From positions 3,462,689 through 3,526,688 of the forward strand of contig CM074809.1 of NCBI GenBank assembly GCA_037447605.1: a DNA stretch of 64,000 nucleotides, given 5' to 3'. This DNA is from Zygnema circumcarinatum SAG 698-1b. Lineage: Eukaryota; Plantae; Zygnematophyceae. A program made the translations under genes and the position numbers. The notes below the pieces were generated by a model, which was given only the letters and a program-made list of their open reading frames with translations, searched no databases and was not told the origin of the DNA. Positions 1 through 11,606 of the stretch are shown here, piece by piece. Within the stretch, counting starts at the first letter, position 1; the number at the start of each line of letters is the position of its first letter.

Positions 1-1295
1 TTTAGGAGAGAGAGTAAGGACAAGAGAACTGCCAGGAGGGTTAGGCTTCGGGTTAGAGTCTAGCAATGGACCAGGCTCGCCAGAAACGAAGTGATGCCGG
101 GTTCAGATTTGCCAGACTCATGTCGTGGGCGAGTGCATCACAGAACTTTAGGGTTTCTACTGGTGCCTCTCCTTTTGTGTGAGTCGGGGTCCACCCTTAG
201 TCGCTAGTAGCCATGTATAGTGAGATATGCCCACGCCGCTGAAAATAAAGTACTTAGGCGGTTAACCAATAAGGAGTGCTCTACGCTCACTAGGAGTGAA
301 TAATGTTTTCAAGCAGTAGCTACCGTAAGTGTATACCATGTATAATTTGACGTAGGAATCTGCAATGGGAGAAATCCGAGTCTCCCTTTGTGAGGAGATG
401 ATGGTAGAATGATGAAAGGGCTTCACTGGATCCCCCAACTTGGAGACATATCTGCATCTGGGTACACTCCATCTTGCCTTCTCTCTCGATGAGCCCCACC
501 AAGTCCTTACAGCTTATGGCGGTGCAGTGCATGGTAAGACCCTACCTCCCGCACACTACCGTACCTGCTTCTTTGCTGCGTCAGATATTGTCCGCATTGA
601 TGCCCGGATGTTCGATCGACGATGTCTCATGGATGGCCATAATGCGCCTCCATTCTCCAACCTCCATGAGTCCAGGCCACACAGACTGTAGGCAACAATG
701 CCCACGTGAGTCTGTGCCTTTTTCTAAAACTCCAAAAGCTTATGCTTGTGTTTAGCTTATGTTGATCTCACGATGGCGCCACATCATTTCGGCTTTATGT
801 AAGCTTATGTATGTAGCTTATGCCACATCTTTTCCCTTAATGTAAAATTTGTTAACCAGATTGAGCGTGTTTTAGAAATGACTTTAGCTCCCAAGCCCCC
901 AGATGCGCAGCTCGACTGACGACTTCTGCTGCGTGCATCGTGCGGTCCACCGCGTTTCCCGCCCAACATCCAACGGCCCAACGCGCCTGCATCCGCATCT
1001 CGCATCCATCCAACGGCTCAGCGTCCCCCCTCAGCGACTTCGTCACATCCGCAGCTCGTGGTTTTGGCGCTCCGCAGCGCCATACCGTATCATACAGTAA
1101 ATATCATGTAGCGTATGCAAGAGCATCAGAGATGCAGCACTTGCATTCACTCTGGAAACCAGCATTTCTCATTCAAGAAACTTGTCTCTAGCAGGTTTTG
1201 GGCTTGGTGCTCAAGACTTGTTACACTTTCTCTACCTTAGTGTTCTTGTCTTACATATGCCTTGAGCATTCCCTTCGTGAACTGCTGCAGCGAAG

Positions 1296-2389
1296 ATGTC
1301 TATGATTACAAAACTGAGTGGAGGAAACTTTGGCGAGGGTGGTTCCACAATGGAATTACCAACAAGTGGTATCAGAGTTGATGGTGACATTTGGCACACT
1401 ATCCCTATCTTCAAAGGTACTGACTATAAGGACTAGCGGTGGCACATGATGACCCTTCTCAAGACCAAGAATCTGGTTCAGTACGTGAACGGGACTATCA
1501 GACCACCGACTGCAGATTCGATCATGGCAGCCAAAGAGCTATCAATGTGGACTATGAAGGACGCTCAAGTGAGGCTGCTCATTGCGGCAAGCGTCAGAGG
1601 GAACCCTGCCAAGATGTTTCGAGAGCTTACGTTTGCCTACACAATGTGGTAATAGCTCGCAAACATCTACGATGTCATCGATATCAACGTAAAATTTGAG
1701 CTCTATGATGAACTAATGCAAATGAAGATGGCCCAAACCGAGGAGCTAACCGCATACGTGATTCGCTTCAATGATCTGATGGCAAAGTTTGTGATTGCCC
1801 AGCAGCCCATCGTCAAAGTTCACCAAATTGTGAGCTTCCTCAAAGGTTTGCTGAGCCGGTTTGCACCTACCATCAATTCCCTGAAAACCCTGCTCGTCAG
1901 ATATCCACATACTCTTGAGGAAGTGAAAATGCGAGTGACAAAGGAGGAGTGCACGATCAAAGGAATGAAGAAGACCAATTCCGAGGACGTCATGACGATT
2001 GAGCAGCGGAGGCCCTTGAAGAACAGTGGAGCGCTGAAAAAATTCTGCACTTTCTGCAAACAAAAGGGTCACCCTGAAGCCGACTGTTGAACCAAGAAGG
2101 CTGCCCACTGCAATGTACCGTCCTCGAGCGCACCCAAGAAGGACGGCAAAGGCAAAGGCAAGGAGATCAACTGCTACAAGTGTGAGCAGCTGGGACACAT
2201 GGCACGCAACTGCACGAGAGTTGTCGCCGCCCAAAAGAGTACAAGTTTGTTGGCTAGTGACGCCAAGCACGCAGCTTTTGTAAATCATATTTCTCTTAAT
2301 GGAAATGTTTATATTGATTACCTGCCGTGGCTCATAGACTCAAGTGCTTCTAAGCACATGTGCAACGACAAATCTCTTTTCTTAAAAAT
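1296..2389 (+). pseudogene. Copia gag-protease remnant (family C); ATG inside LTR, LTR end at 1364, PBS 1367-1377
   Basis: MSMITKLSGG...ELPTSGIRVDGD..IPIFKGTDYKD*; CCHC knuckles (CTFCKQKGHPEADC, CYKCEQLGHMARNC); protease WLIDSSASKHMC; TGGTATCAGAG PBS; internal stops. Confidence 0.85.
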
Positions 2390-2968
2390 TGTTAGTGTTA
2401 GTGTACGATAGTTAGACATTGTATGTTTTCACACTAACATTGTTGTGGTCCTTAGTTTGGGCAACATGGGAATTGCTAGTAGTATTCTTAGGAAATATTA
2501 CGGGGGCCAGATGTCGGTGGCCCGTATGCTTTTCGGGCGCGGAGAATGTCGGTGATGTTGGCGGAACCACGTTAGACCCTTAGTGCGGAGCGCGGGCTCT
2601 GACGAGGTCAACTACAAAGGGGACCGAGTCAGCAGCCGCGTGGGCATATGTGAACAAAGCGGAAATGCGACGACAAAGATTCGGTCGCAGGCGCCGCGTT
2701 TGTACGGCACGTGAATCAAAACATGCGCGTGCGGGCGCCAGACGCGTACAGACGGGCGGCGGAGGATTCGCGCTCGACCGGACAATAAAGTTTCAGATGG
2801 GCGGCGGAACAATACGGACGACTTGACTAGGTCGGTGCTGGCGTAGGTTTACGAAGAACCGCAATGCTGGATGTTGAACGCGTGGTGGCTGCTGAACACA
2901 TGGGGGCGGGCGTGACGTGACATCGGTCAAAAAGGAAGATGTCACGTAACGCAGCCATGGCGGTAAAT
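2390..2968 (+). mobile_element. Partial Copia LTR (TGTTAGTGTTAGTGTA-start family) inserted in protease
   Basis: Same 5' end as LTRs at 8959, 9408, 15416, 16716. Confidence 0.7.
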
Positions 2969-2989
2969 GTTAGTGTACAATGGTTAGCT

Positions 2990-3582
2990 GGGGCCGACGA
3001 AGTTGCACGGTTGTATGTTGACAAGGTGTGGAGCCAACCAACATAGACTACAGTCGGAAATAGTTTCTGACCGTGACCCCCGATTCACTGGCCACTTCTG
3101 GAAAGAAGTTCTCAGGATCGTGGGAACCAAGCAGGCTCTAAGTACAGCCTTCCACCCGCAAACCGATGGCCAGACAGGAAGGGTGAACCGGATCCTGGAG
3201 GATTATCTCCGGCATTATGTGGGACCTACCCCGGATGGGTGGGATCAGCTGCTCCCAGTGGCGGAGTATGCCATCAATAATGCTTTCCAGGAGTCCATAG
3301 GGACCACTCCTTTCTTCCTGAACTTTGGTCAGCACCCCCTAAATCCCCTGCAGCCAAAGGATCAGCCACCTGACCTGTGGAACATGGACGTCCACAGAAC
3401 CAATGATCCTTGGCGCATGAGGGGCACTGATGGGGATCAACCTCCCGTAGTGAGATCTTTTGTCCGGCTAATGTCCGAGGCGCTGTAGAGGGCACGGCAG
3501 ATTCTGCTAGCCGCCCAGTCGCGACAAAAGGCCTATGCTGACAGCGGGCGTGCTCACCTCACCTTCGATATTGGCACTGAAG
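2990..3582 (+). pseudogene. Gypsy integrase fragment
   Basis: EIVSDRDPRFTGHFW, STAFHPQTDGQTGRVNR, W..LLPVAEYAINN motifs. Confidence 0.9.
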
Positions 3583-3592
3583 NNNNNNNNNN

Positions 3593-4861
3593 GTTGGATC
3601 CCCCTACACCTTGGTGTGGAGGACGGCTCGTCCTCATCCCTCGCATATAGTGCGATCTATGTTCCATCTTGCCCATCGTGCCATGACTTTCCAAGGGTCA
3701 GCCAATGGCCACCCAGCAGTTATACTGCTAGACACTGGGGCCGATGCTAACTTTGTTAGTTTTGCATTTACCCAGAGATTTGCATTGACCATGGAACCCC
3801 ATTCAGAAAGTGTTACTTTTGGGGATGGACGCAAGGGCCAGATCTCTGGCAGCGTCCCACTCAAGATCAAGCTCCAATCCTACTTCGGGGTAGTGAAGTG
3901 TCTTTTAACACAGCTAGCCCCTGGTACGGATCTTATTCTGGGGAGTGCTTGGTTGACCATGGTCAAGGCCAAATTGGATTTTTCTATCCCACATTGCATT
4001 TTGCACAGTGGTGATAGGCGCATCACACTGCACCCTGGCAAACCCACCACCACTGCTACCACGCAGGTTGATGCTCCTTATCTTTGCTCGGCCATGCAGT
4101 TGGCCAAGGCAGTTAAAGAGGGCTGCACCTTATTTATGGTGTATGTCATGGCAGCCACTCAGGATGTGCATGACGAAGATCAGGAATGGCAGATCACATC
4201 TACGGACGTGCTCTCGGCTGTTCCACCCAAAATCCAACCTTTGTTGGATGAGTTCAGGGATGTTTTCCCTGATGACCTTCCAAGAGGGTTGCCACCATCT
4301 CGAGGAGTGGGGCACACGATCCCTCTTGAGCCTAAGCAAAAACCGCCTTGGCGGCCAATCTATCGGTTAAGCCCTAAGGAAACCGACGAGATGCGTAAGC
4401 AATTGGCTAATTTACGGGACAAGGGCTGGATAGAGCCCAGCCAAAGCCCATTTGGGGCGCCCATCTTGTTCGTTGGGAAGAAAGATGGCTCGTTGAGGAT
4501 GTGCATTGATTATCGCGCACTCAACAAGATCACCGTAAAGAACCGTTTTGCTTTACCACGTATTGATGATCTGTTGGATCGTCTTCACGGTGCCAAAGTG
4601 TTTACATCACTTGACCTTGCTCAGGGGTATCATCAGATCCGTGTAACGGAAGCTGATGTGCCAAAGACTGCGTTCCGGACGCCGATTGGTCATTTCCAGT
4701 ATAAGGTGTTGCCCTTCGGATTGACTAATGCTCCGGCCACTTTCCAGGCGGTGATGAACGAAATGTTCATCCGCATGGATGAATTTGTTTTGGTTTACCT
4801 CGATGACATCCTTGTCTTCAGTAAGACAGAGGAAAAGCATTTTGAACACGTTCGGAAAGTG
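3593..4861 (+). CDS. Gypsy pol fragment: aspartic protease and reverse transcriptase
   Basis: LLDTGADANF protease; RMCIDYRALN, LPRIDDLL, LPFGLTNAPATFQ, VYLDDILVFS; bounded by N gaps. Confidence 0.95.
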
Positions 4862-4871
4862 NNNNNNNNNN

Positions 4872-5470
4872 AGGAGGCATACTTAGGGCGTACCCCGCTC
4901 TAATATCCTCGTCCCGGTTGCCACCTAATGGTTACGGCGCCAGACCTTGGACCGGTAGGTCTTGAGTTCGAACCTTGGCGCTGCGGCCTCTGGTTCTCTT
5001 TTGGAATTCCCCAGTCGTCCGTACGATTGCGTCATACGGACCGACCGACATTTTTGGCCGCGCGTTGCGTGTCAGACCTAGCCGTGCACCGCCGCACAAA
5101 ACCGCGTCGCGACGCGGCGCGTTTTCGTGAGATGCGGCGGGCCCGCGGACTCTTGTCCTCATCTGATCTTTTCAGTTAGAGGAACCCACGTGGCGGTCTG
5201 CCATTGGACAGCCCTGCTTTCGGTCCCCCATGCTGGTAGAGGGTTCAACAGGGGAAGCATATAGGGGCGAGGATGACTGTCGTCATCCAACCAACGTATC
5301 GGCATTTATTTTCACCCTCTCTCAGGGCTGCGCCGCTCCTCGGGCTGACGCTCACTCTCTCACTCTCTCACTCTCTCTCTCTCTCTCTCCATCCCTCTCC
5401 CGTGATCTCGGGCGCGCAAGCTGAGTGTTTTCCGCACACAAATGAAGGGACCCGCCCGACAGTTGTTACA
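4872..5470 (+). mobile_element. Gypsy 5' LTR (family G), start hidden in gap
   Basis: Ends GTTACA, followed by PBS; homologous to solo LTR 10965-11606. Confidence 0.85.
4916..4984 (+). promoter_or_regulatory. tRNA-like module with Pol III A/B boxes inside Gypsy LTR
   Basis: TAATGGTTA D-loop-like; AGGTC-TTGAG-TTCGAAC-CTTGG T-arm; TTTT about 15 nt downstream. Confidence 0.7.
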
Positions 5471-5471
5471 G

Positions 5472-5484
5472 TGGTATCAGAGCC
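5472..5484 (+). promoter_or_regulatory. PBS complementary to initiator tRNA-Met 3' end
   Basis: TGGTATCAGAGCC. Confidence 0.95.
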
Positions 5485-5520
5485 GAGTTTCGGCTGTCTC
5501 CTTTTGGAGAACCTGTGGGT

Positions 5521-7084
5521 CATGGTGACCACTCGCCGGGCCGGGGGCAACTCGGGGCCCTAGCGGCCACCCCCTTCATTGGACGTCCCTGAGGACGTGC
5601 CAATGGAGGATCCTCCGGGGTCCCCTGACCCCGCGCCGATGGACCCCTCGGGTCCATCACAGCCGGCGGCTCCTCAAGAGCCGCCGCAGCCTCCTCCCCC
5701 CTCTGAACCGGCTGCACCGACGTCTCCGAGTGAGGCACGGATGGTGGCCCTCCCCGACGGGTTCGGGGCGAACATCTTGGTGGGTGTGGGACAGATCCTC
5801 CGACAGAGGATCTACTCCTTGGGGGACAAGGTGTCTTCCTTGGAGTCACGGATGGTCGGGACGTGGAACAAGTTTGACGTAATGGAGTTGCACGTCTGCC
5901 GGCTGGTGGAATCGCTGCAGGAGGATCTCCGACACCTGTCGGAGAAGATGGACCACTTCGGAGAAGGTATGTCTCGATCCAAATCTCAGGTTGTATATTC
6001 AGAGGCGGTGGCGGGAAATGCCACCGTACTTGGGGTTAGGATCGGGACTGTTGTCCATGCCTCCTTGTCTGTCCCGACATCCTCTCCGGCTGCCGAATCC
6101 AGCCGGCTGAACACTGAGCCCCCTGCGTCATCTACAGGGGGAAGCCACCCCCGCGGGGGTGGCGGCCCACCCAGCGGCGGCGGGATCCCTACGGGGGCGG
6201 CTGTTGGCAGTGGAGGAGAGCACAGCCGTGGGGCTGCTCCTCCAGAACCAACCCCAAAAGGGAAGAGGAATCGGGCCAAGGTGCCGCCGATCTCCTTCTA
6301 GGGGGAAAACCCTGCAACCGACTGCTCAATCGAGCAGTGGTTGGGTCAAACAAGGGGCTACCTTTGTGCGACGAACTGCCCACCGATCAAATGGGTAAGC
6401 TTTGCTTACCCATCCCTCAGAGGCTCCGCATACCGTGTGTATGAGGGCCTCTTGGATGAAATCGGTGATGACTGGGATAAGTTCAGAGATGAACTTATCA
6501 AACACTTCGGATCCTTGGATCTGGGAATGGAGGCCAGAGACAAGTATCAGAACCTGGTCCAAACCGGCAGTGTCAAGCAGTATCTGCGCGACCTGCGGCA
6601 AGTGGTGCCTCAAATCACCACACCCTACAGACCAACTCAGATTGAGTTCTTTTTCCATTTTAGGAATGGTCTGAAGCCTCACATCAAGAGGCAGCTTCGG
6701 CTGAACCCGAGGACTCTCAAGAATTGGGAGCCCTCCGACTCTAAATTGTATTTTGATGCAGCAATTCAGATTGACACCACCCCTGCCAGTGAGGCAGGAA
6801 CATCTAAGACACAACCACCGCGGGTGGGTGATGCAGAGGGCGCCAGAAGGGGCGCTGGCTTTGCAAAGCCCTCCGGGAAGGACAAGCGGAAGCCGTCGTC
6901 ATCCGCCGGAAAACAGCCACCTGTGAAGGTGCAAAAACTCACTCCGCAGGAGGCGGAACGAATGCGGAAGGAGAACCGGTATTTCCGGTGCCGCAAGGAG
7001 GGACACAAGTCCCACGAGTGCCCCCTCAACAACAGGGATAAGAGGGGGAAGGGCCCAGAAAACGGGGAACCACCAGCAGCTTAG
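5521..7084 (+). pseudogene. Gypsy gag with long Pro-rich N-terminus; two in-frame stops (5561, 6299)
   Basis: MVTTRRAGG.. start; retrotransposon-gag-like core (W..F..ELIKHF, LVQTGSVKQY); knuckle YFRCRKEGHKSHEC. Confidence 0.85.
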
Positions 7085-8405
7085 GGGCCGCTGCGGGTGG
7101 GAGGACTAGGCAGGGGATTAGGGATGCTGCAGCTGCCATCATATTCTATGTTAGTGTAAAGTAGTTAGGAACTAGTTGTACACTAAGTTGTTGGTACTAA
7201 GTTCTAAGGAGGGGTGTGCTCATGTTGTCCACATTGTACGGAGGGGCGTCTAGGCGACCGTACAAGTCTTTAAGGGGTGTGCGTGTAGCGCGCAGAGTCT
7301 GATTTGGCAAGGCAAGGCATCAGAATGTNNNNNNNNNNACTCACATGAGGGTGAGGCTATCTTGCTTAGGGCCAAGGAGATAGTGGGAAGAGTTCAGCTT
7401 GTAGTGGGTGGTTTATTCACGTAGCTTGAGAAGAGGTGCTTGAAGCTTGGCTCTAGTGTTGTCAAGTTGTATTTCATCTTTATCTTAAGGAGTTTTAGGC
7501 TGGTGGCTTTCTCCTTACATTTTCATATTTCCGCTGAGTTGTTCTCTTGCATTTAGTGTGCTTTGTGTGATTGAGCAATTCATTGAAGATGTCGAGTTCT
7601 ACCCAGGGTAGAGGAGAAGTGGCAGCCCCACCAAGGGAGGGCGCTGCAACAACATTCTAGACCCCAGTGTTTTTGAAGGCTGGGGAGGTTTTTAATGTGA
7701 TGGGCAGAATTTGTGTGAAGAGTGATTTAATTGTCTGTGATCCTCTTCCTGCGGCATTTTCCTTGTCCCCAGCCACTGTGGTGGCTCCTTTTGGTTTTCT
7801 GGAGGTGGTGATGAAATCCCAATGGAATGTTATTATTCTCAATACCATGGGTGCCCCCACTTTGATGGAATGCTCTTTGGATGCCTTGCGTTTGATGCAT
7901 TCGACGGATTGTGTGACAGCGTTGCATGTTCTCATGCCCCAGCATCTATCAATCAGCACGTTCACCAACACCGCTTGGAAACTTTCCAAGCGGTGGAGAA
8001 AAGGGCACCCCATGGTGTAGGGAGGCATAGGATCCACCGGTAAAATGGTGCGATCACCACACACATTGGTGTAGAGGACTGCAAAGCCTCAAACCCCGCA
8101 TGTAATACGCTCAACGTTCCACCTTGGCCATCGTGCAATGACATTCCACGAGTCCGTTAATGGACAACCTGCAGTGATACTGCTAGATACAAGGGCGGAT
8201 GCTAACTTTGTTAGCTCCACCCTGACGAAAGGGATTGGATTTGACCACAACCCCAAATGCTGAAAGTGTAACTTTCGAGGATGGACGCAAAGGCCAAATC
8301 CTTGGCAGCGTCACGCTCAGGATCAAGCTCCAGTCGTACTCAGGGGCAACTCAGTGTTTAATTACACTTCTGGCTCCTAGTACGGATGTCATACTGGGCA
8401 GTGCT
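7085..8405 (+). pseudogene. Gypsy pol 5' part in -1 frame to gag: about 165-aa pre-protease segment plus protease, split by a solo LTR
   Basis: After removing 7149-7659 the frame is continuous, apart from three TAG stops, into LLDTRADANF; homologous to 3593-3960. Confidence 0.75.
7149..7654 (+). mobile_element. Solo Copia LTR (family E), internal gap
   Basis: TG..CA; TSD TTCTA at 7144-7148 and 7655-7659; matches reverse complement of 29290-30321. Confidence 0.9.
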
Positions 8406-9055
8406 GAATCTTCCGATTCGTACGGGGAACATTGGAGTACGGACTTCGATATGAGAGGGGGCCGAACAGCGTGATCAGATACACCGACTCGAACTGGGGA
8501 GGTCACATGGACACATCGCGATCGACTTTTGGATTCATGTACCTGAACGCAGGTGGAGCCATCTCATTGAGCTCGAAAATACTGGATTCGGTGGCATTGT
8601 CAAGCACCGAAGGCGAGTACATGGGAGCATGTCACGCAACAAAGGAGGGCGTTTGGTTCCAACATTTCTTTGATGAGTGTAAGAGGCCACAAAGTCCCTT
8701 GACTCTCTTCACAGATAACCAGTCATCCATAGCTCCTGTTGAAAACCTTGTGTTTCAAAAGAGAACTAAGCACATTAGAAGTACAATACCACTATGTGCG
8801 AGAATTGGCAACGGAGGGGATGATCGTGGTAAAAATCGTAGGAATGAAGGAGCAAGCTGCGGATATGTTAACTAAGGGAGTTAGTGGGGAGACACTACTA
8901 ATGAATAGCAGACTCATTGGGCTAGGGCCCATGAGGAACTGAGGCCCAAGAGGGGGATTGTTAGTGTTAGTGTAGGATAATTAGACATTGTATGGGTTCA
9001 CACTAACATTGTTGTGGTCCTCAGTTTGGGCAACATGGGAATTGCTAGTATTACT
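8406..9055 (+). pseudogene. Copia RT/RNase H C-terminus, PPT (8948-8958) and start of 3' LTR (8959)
   Basis: YTDSNWGG, ALSSTEGEY, TDNQS, ADMLTKG; AAGAGGGGGAT. Confidence 0.9.
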
Positions 9056-9407
9056 CCATATCGTCCATGTTGATAGCTCGTCGGCAGTCATGGTCGATTC
9101 CTCGATAGGTGGTCTGATGATCCCGTTCACGTACTGAGCCATGTTCTTGGTCAACAAGAGGGTCATCATGTGCCACCGCCAGTCCTTGTAGTCAGTACCT
9201 TTAAAGATTGGAATAGAGTGCCGAATGTCACCATCAGCTCTGATAACACTTGTTGGTAGTTCCATCGTGGAACCACCTTTTGAAGAGTTGCCTCCACTCA
9301 ATTTTGTGGTCACCGACATCTTTGCTGGAGCAGTTCTCGAAGGGAATGCTCAAGACAGATGTGAGGCAAAGAACACAAAGGTAGAGAAAGCCCCACCAGG
9401 CATAAAA
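9056..9407 (-). pseudogene. Family C LTR end, mutated PBS and gag N-terminus
   Basis: MSVTTKLSGG..ELPTSVIRADGD..IPIFKGTDYKDWRW, homologous to 1296. Confidence 0.8.
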
Positions 9408-10292
9408 TGTTAGTGTTAGTGTATGATAGTTAGACATTGTATGGCACACACTAACTTGTTGTGGTACTCAGTTTGTAGAACATGAGATCTGCTAGGCGTA
9501 GTGCTCTTAGATTTAGGAATGTCGGTGCTCTGACTCAGGTGAGTGCGCCGCGAGTGCGCGGAGTACGAACGAGCGNNNNNNNNNNGTAGTGAGTGAGAGG
9601 GACCTTGAAGTAGTGGGAGAACTTCATTGTGGGAAGACAGTTTTATTATAAGGAGTTTTAGAGCCGTGAGCTTTCTCCTAACACTCTCTCATTGTGATTT
9701 CCGCTGTGCTTGTCTTGTAGCTTCATTCTGTTGTTATGGGCGATGAGTGAAGTAAGATAGAGCTTTGAGTGTTTGAATGTCTTCATCCGTGGGAACTCAA
9801 GTTCCAATGGAGGGCGACACCCAAGGTGGCGCCGGAAGTGGGGAGCAAACCCCTGCTTCAACACCTACGACCCTAGACCTTCCGTAGACCTTCCGTACCG
9901 TGCCCTAACATTACGGGCATCCCCCATGTTTGGTCCTACACCAAACATGACCATTCATGCATGACATTGTCCCTACATCAACACATGATCTCCTGGACAA
10001 CTTTCATGCGAGGAACTAAGTACCAACACGTTGATGTACCTATACATCAACAAGAACTTCATGTGGGTTGGCATTTCATTATAAGGAGCTTTAGAGCCGT
10101 GAGCTTTCTCCTACACTTCTCTCTATTGTTTTCCACTATGCTTATCTCTGGTATTTTTTCTGTGAGTTATGTATTCAGATAGAGCCTTGGAGTGATAAAG
10201 TGGAAATGTGTTCATTGGTGGGAACACGTGTTCCCGTGGAGGGCGGCACACGAGGTGTTGCGGGAAGCAGCAAACAATCCCCTACTTCAACA
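9408..10292 (+). mobile_element. Nested Copia LTR fragments (B-type 9408-9863, D-type 9864-10052 on -, B-type 10053-10292)
   Basis: Homology to 16716-17609 and 46150-46343; two CTTCAACA LTR ends. Confidence 0.7.
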
Positions 10293-10964
10293 AGGGTCAC
10301 GGCATGCCAAGCTACATAAGCGGCTCCATTGGGAGCAACTTATATCCAAAATATCCTGAACATCCAAAACCTTTATGGGGAGGTTCACGCCCCTGATTGC
10401 CACACAAGGGAGTAGTGCTTCTTGAGTGTATGTAGCGAGTTGAGGATGGGTGAGGTAGTTAGGGGCAGCCATAGTGCGCTTAGTAGAGCGTAGGATAAAG
10501 CCAGAGTGAGGAGTTGAGAACTGCCTGCGCTTGTTGTATCTTTCATTGTATAAAGAAGAAGAGGTTTTCGGCCGGTGGGCTTTTTCTATTACACTTTTTC
10601 TCACGGTTCTTGCTTGGCTCGCGGTAGTCAGCATGGCCGAGACGAATGCAAGTGAATACACGACCAGTGGGGGTCTTACGACCCCTTATCCTCTATAAGT
10701 GGCATCGAAGCCGCTTTAGCGGAAACCAATTCAACAAGTGGTATCATAGTTGAAGGTGATGTGCGGCACACCGTCCTTATCTTTCCAGAGACTGACTACA
10801 AGGATCGTCGGTTGCAGATGACAACCTCATTTCAAAGCAAGGGCCTACTGAAGTACATCAACGAGACGATCACACCACCGGCCAACTTCACCACCGTGCC
10901 TCTGGACGAGCTAGAGTAGGCAACGTGGTGGACGAAAGACGTTCAAGTGAGTATGTTGATATCC

Positions 10965-11606
10965 TGTAACGTACACGGGGGCCTACCTCCGTGTGCGTGC
11001 GGAAACCTCCTCCCGTACCAGCCACGCACTCCTCCAGCGAGTGCAGTCAGCCAGCCAGCCAGCAAGCACCGAGAGCGCCGGCCAAAGAGAGAGAGCGAGA
11101 GCAAAAGGCGGCACTCGCCTCTGAAGGGTTCAGCGCCAGGAAATGCTGGTACGATCGTTGGCCGATCCCAGTCGGCCACGCCCCTTGTACGCTTCCCCCG
11201 TTGAACCCCCTACCAGCATGAGGGACCGGAAGCAGGGCTGTCCAATGGCAGGCTGCCACGTGTGCCTCTCTGATCGAAAAGGTCAGATGGGAGTTAGAGT
11301 CCGTGGCCCAGCCGTACCGCACGGATCCGCGCTGCGGCGCGGCGCCGAGAAGTGCGGTGGCGCACAGCGAGGCCCGACGCGCCAAGCGCGGGCCGGCGTG
11401 TCGGTCGGTCCGTACACCCAAGGTGTACGGATGTCTGACAGATACCAAAAGGGGAACCAAAGGCAGCAGCGCCAAGGTTCGAACTCAAGACGTGCTGGTC
11501 CAAAGGCCGGCGCCTATACCATCTGGCTGGCGCCCGAAGTGAGAGAACTAGGCGAAGTACGCCGTAAGTAGTCTCCTCCCATGGGTGACTGCAGCGTTCC
11601 GCTACA
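10965..11606 (-). mobile_element. Solo Gypsy LTR (family G), 642 bp
   Basis: TGTAGCGGAACGCT...GTTACA; TSD TATCC at 10960-10964 and 11607-11611. Confidence 0.92.
11467..11536 (-). promoter_or_regulatory. tRNA-like module (Gln-UUG/Pro-like) with A/B boxes in solo LTR
   Basis: GCCAGATGGTATAGGC D-arm, CTTTGGA loop, TTGAG-TTCGAAC-CTTGG T-arm. Confidence 0.7.

Noticed and set aside
1-1200. Short ORFs on both strands
   Set aside because: No recognisable motif; left unannotated
2990-4861. Gypsy integrase lying upstream of protease-RT (Copia-like order)
   Set aside because: An N gap separates the two parts, so the order is not established and may reflect nesting or scaffolding
4916-4984. Functional tRNA genes in the LTR modules
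   Set aside because: Acceptor and anticodon stems are imperfect and loops are the wrong length; called tRNA-like only. Weak resemblance to the 5S C-box region was judged poorer than the tRNA A/B-box match
11047-11571. Many 60-140 aa ORFs within GC-rich LTRs and antisense to pol
   Set aside because: Expected by chance at this GC content; no domain signatures
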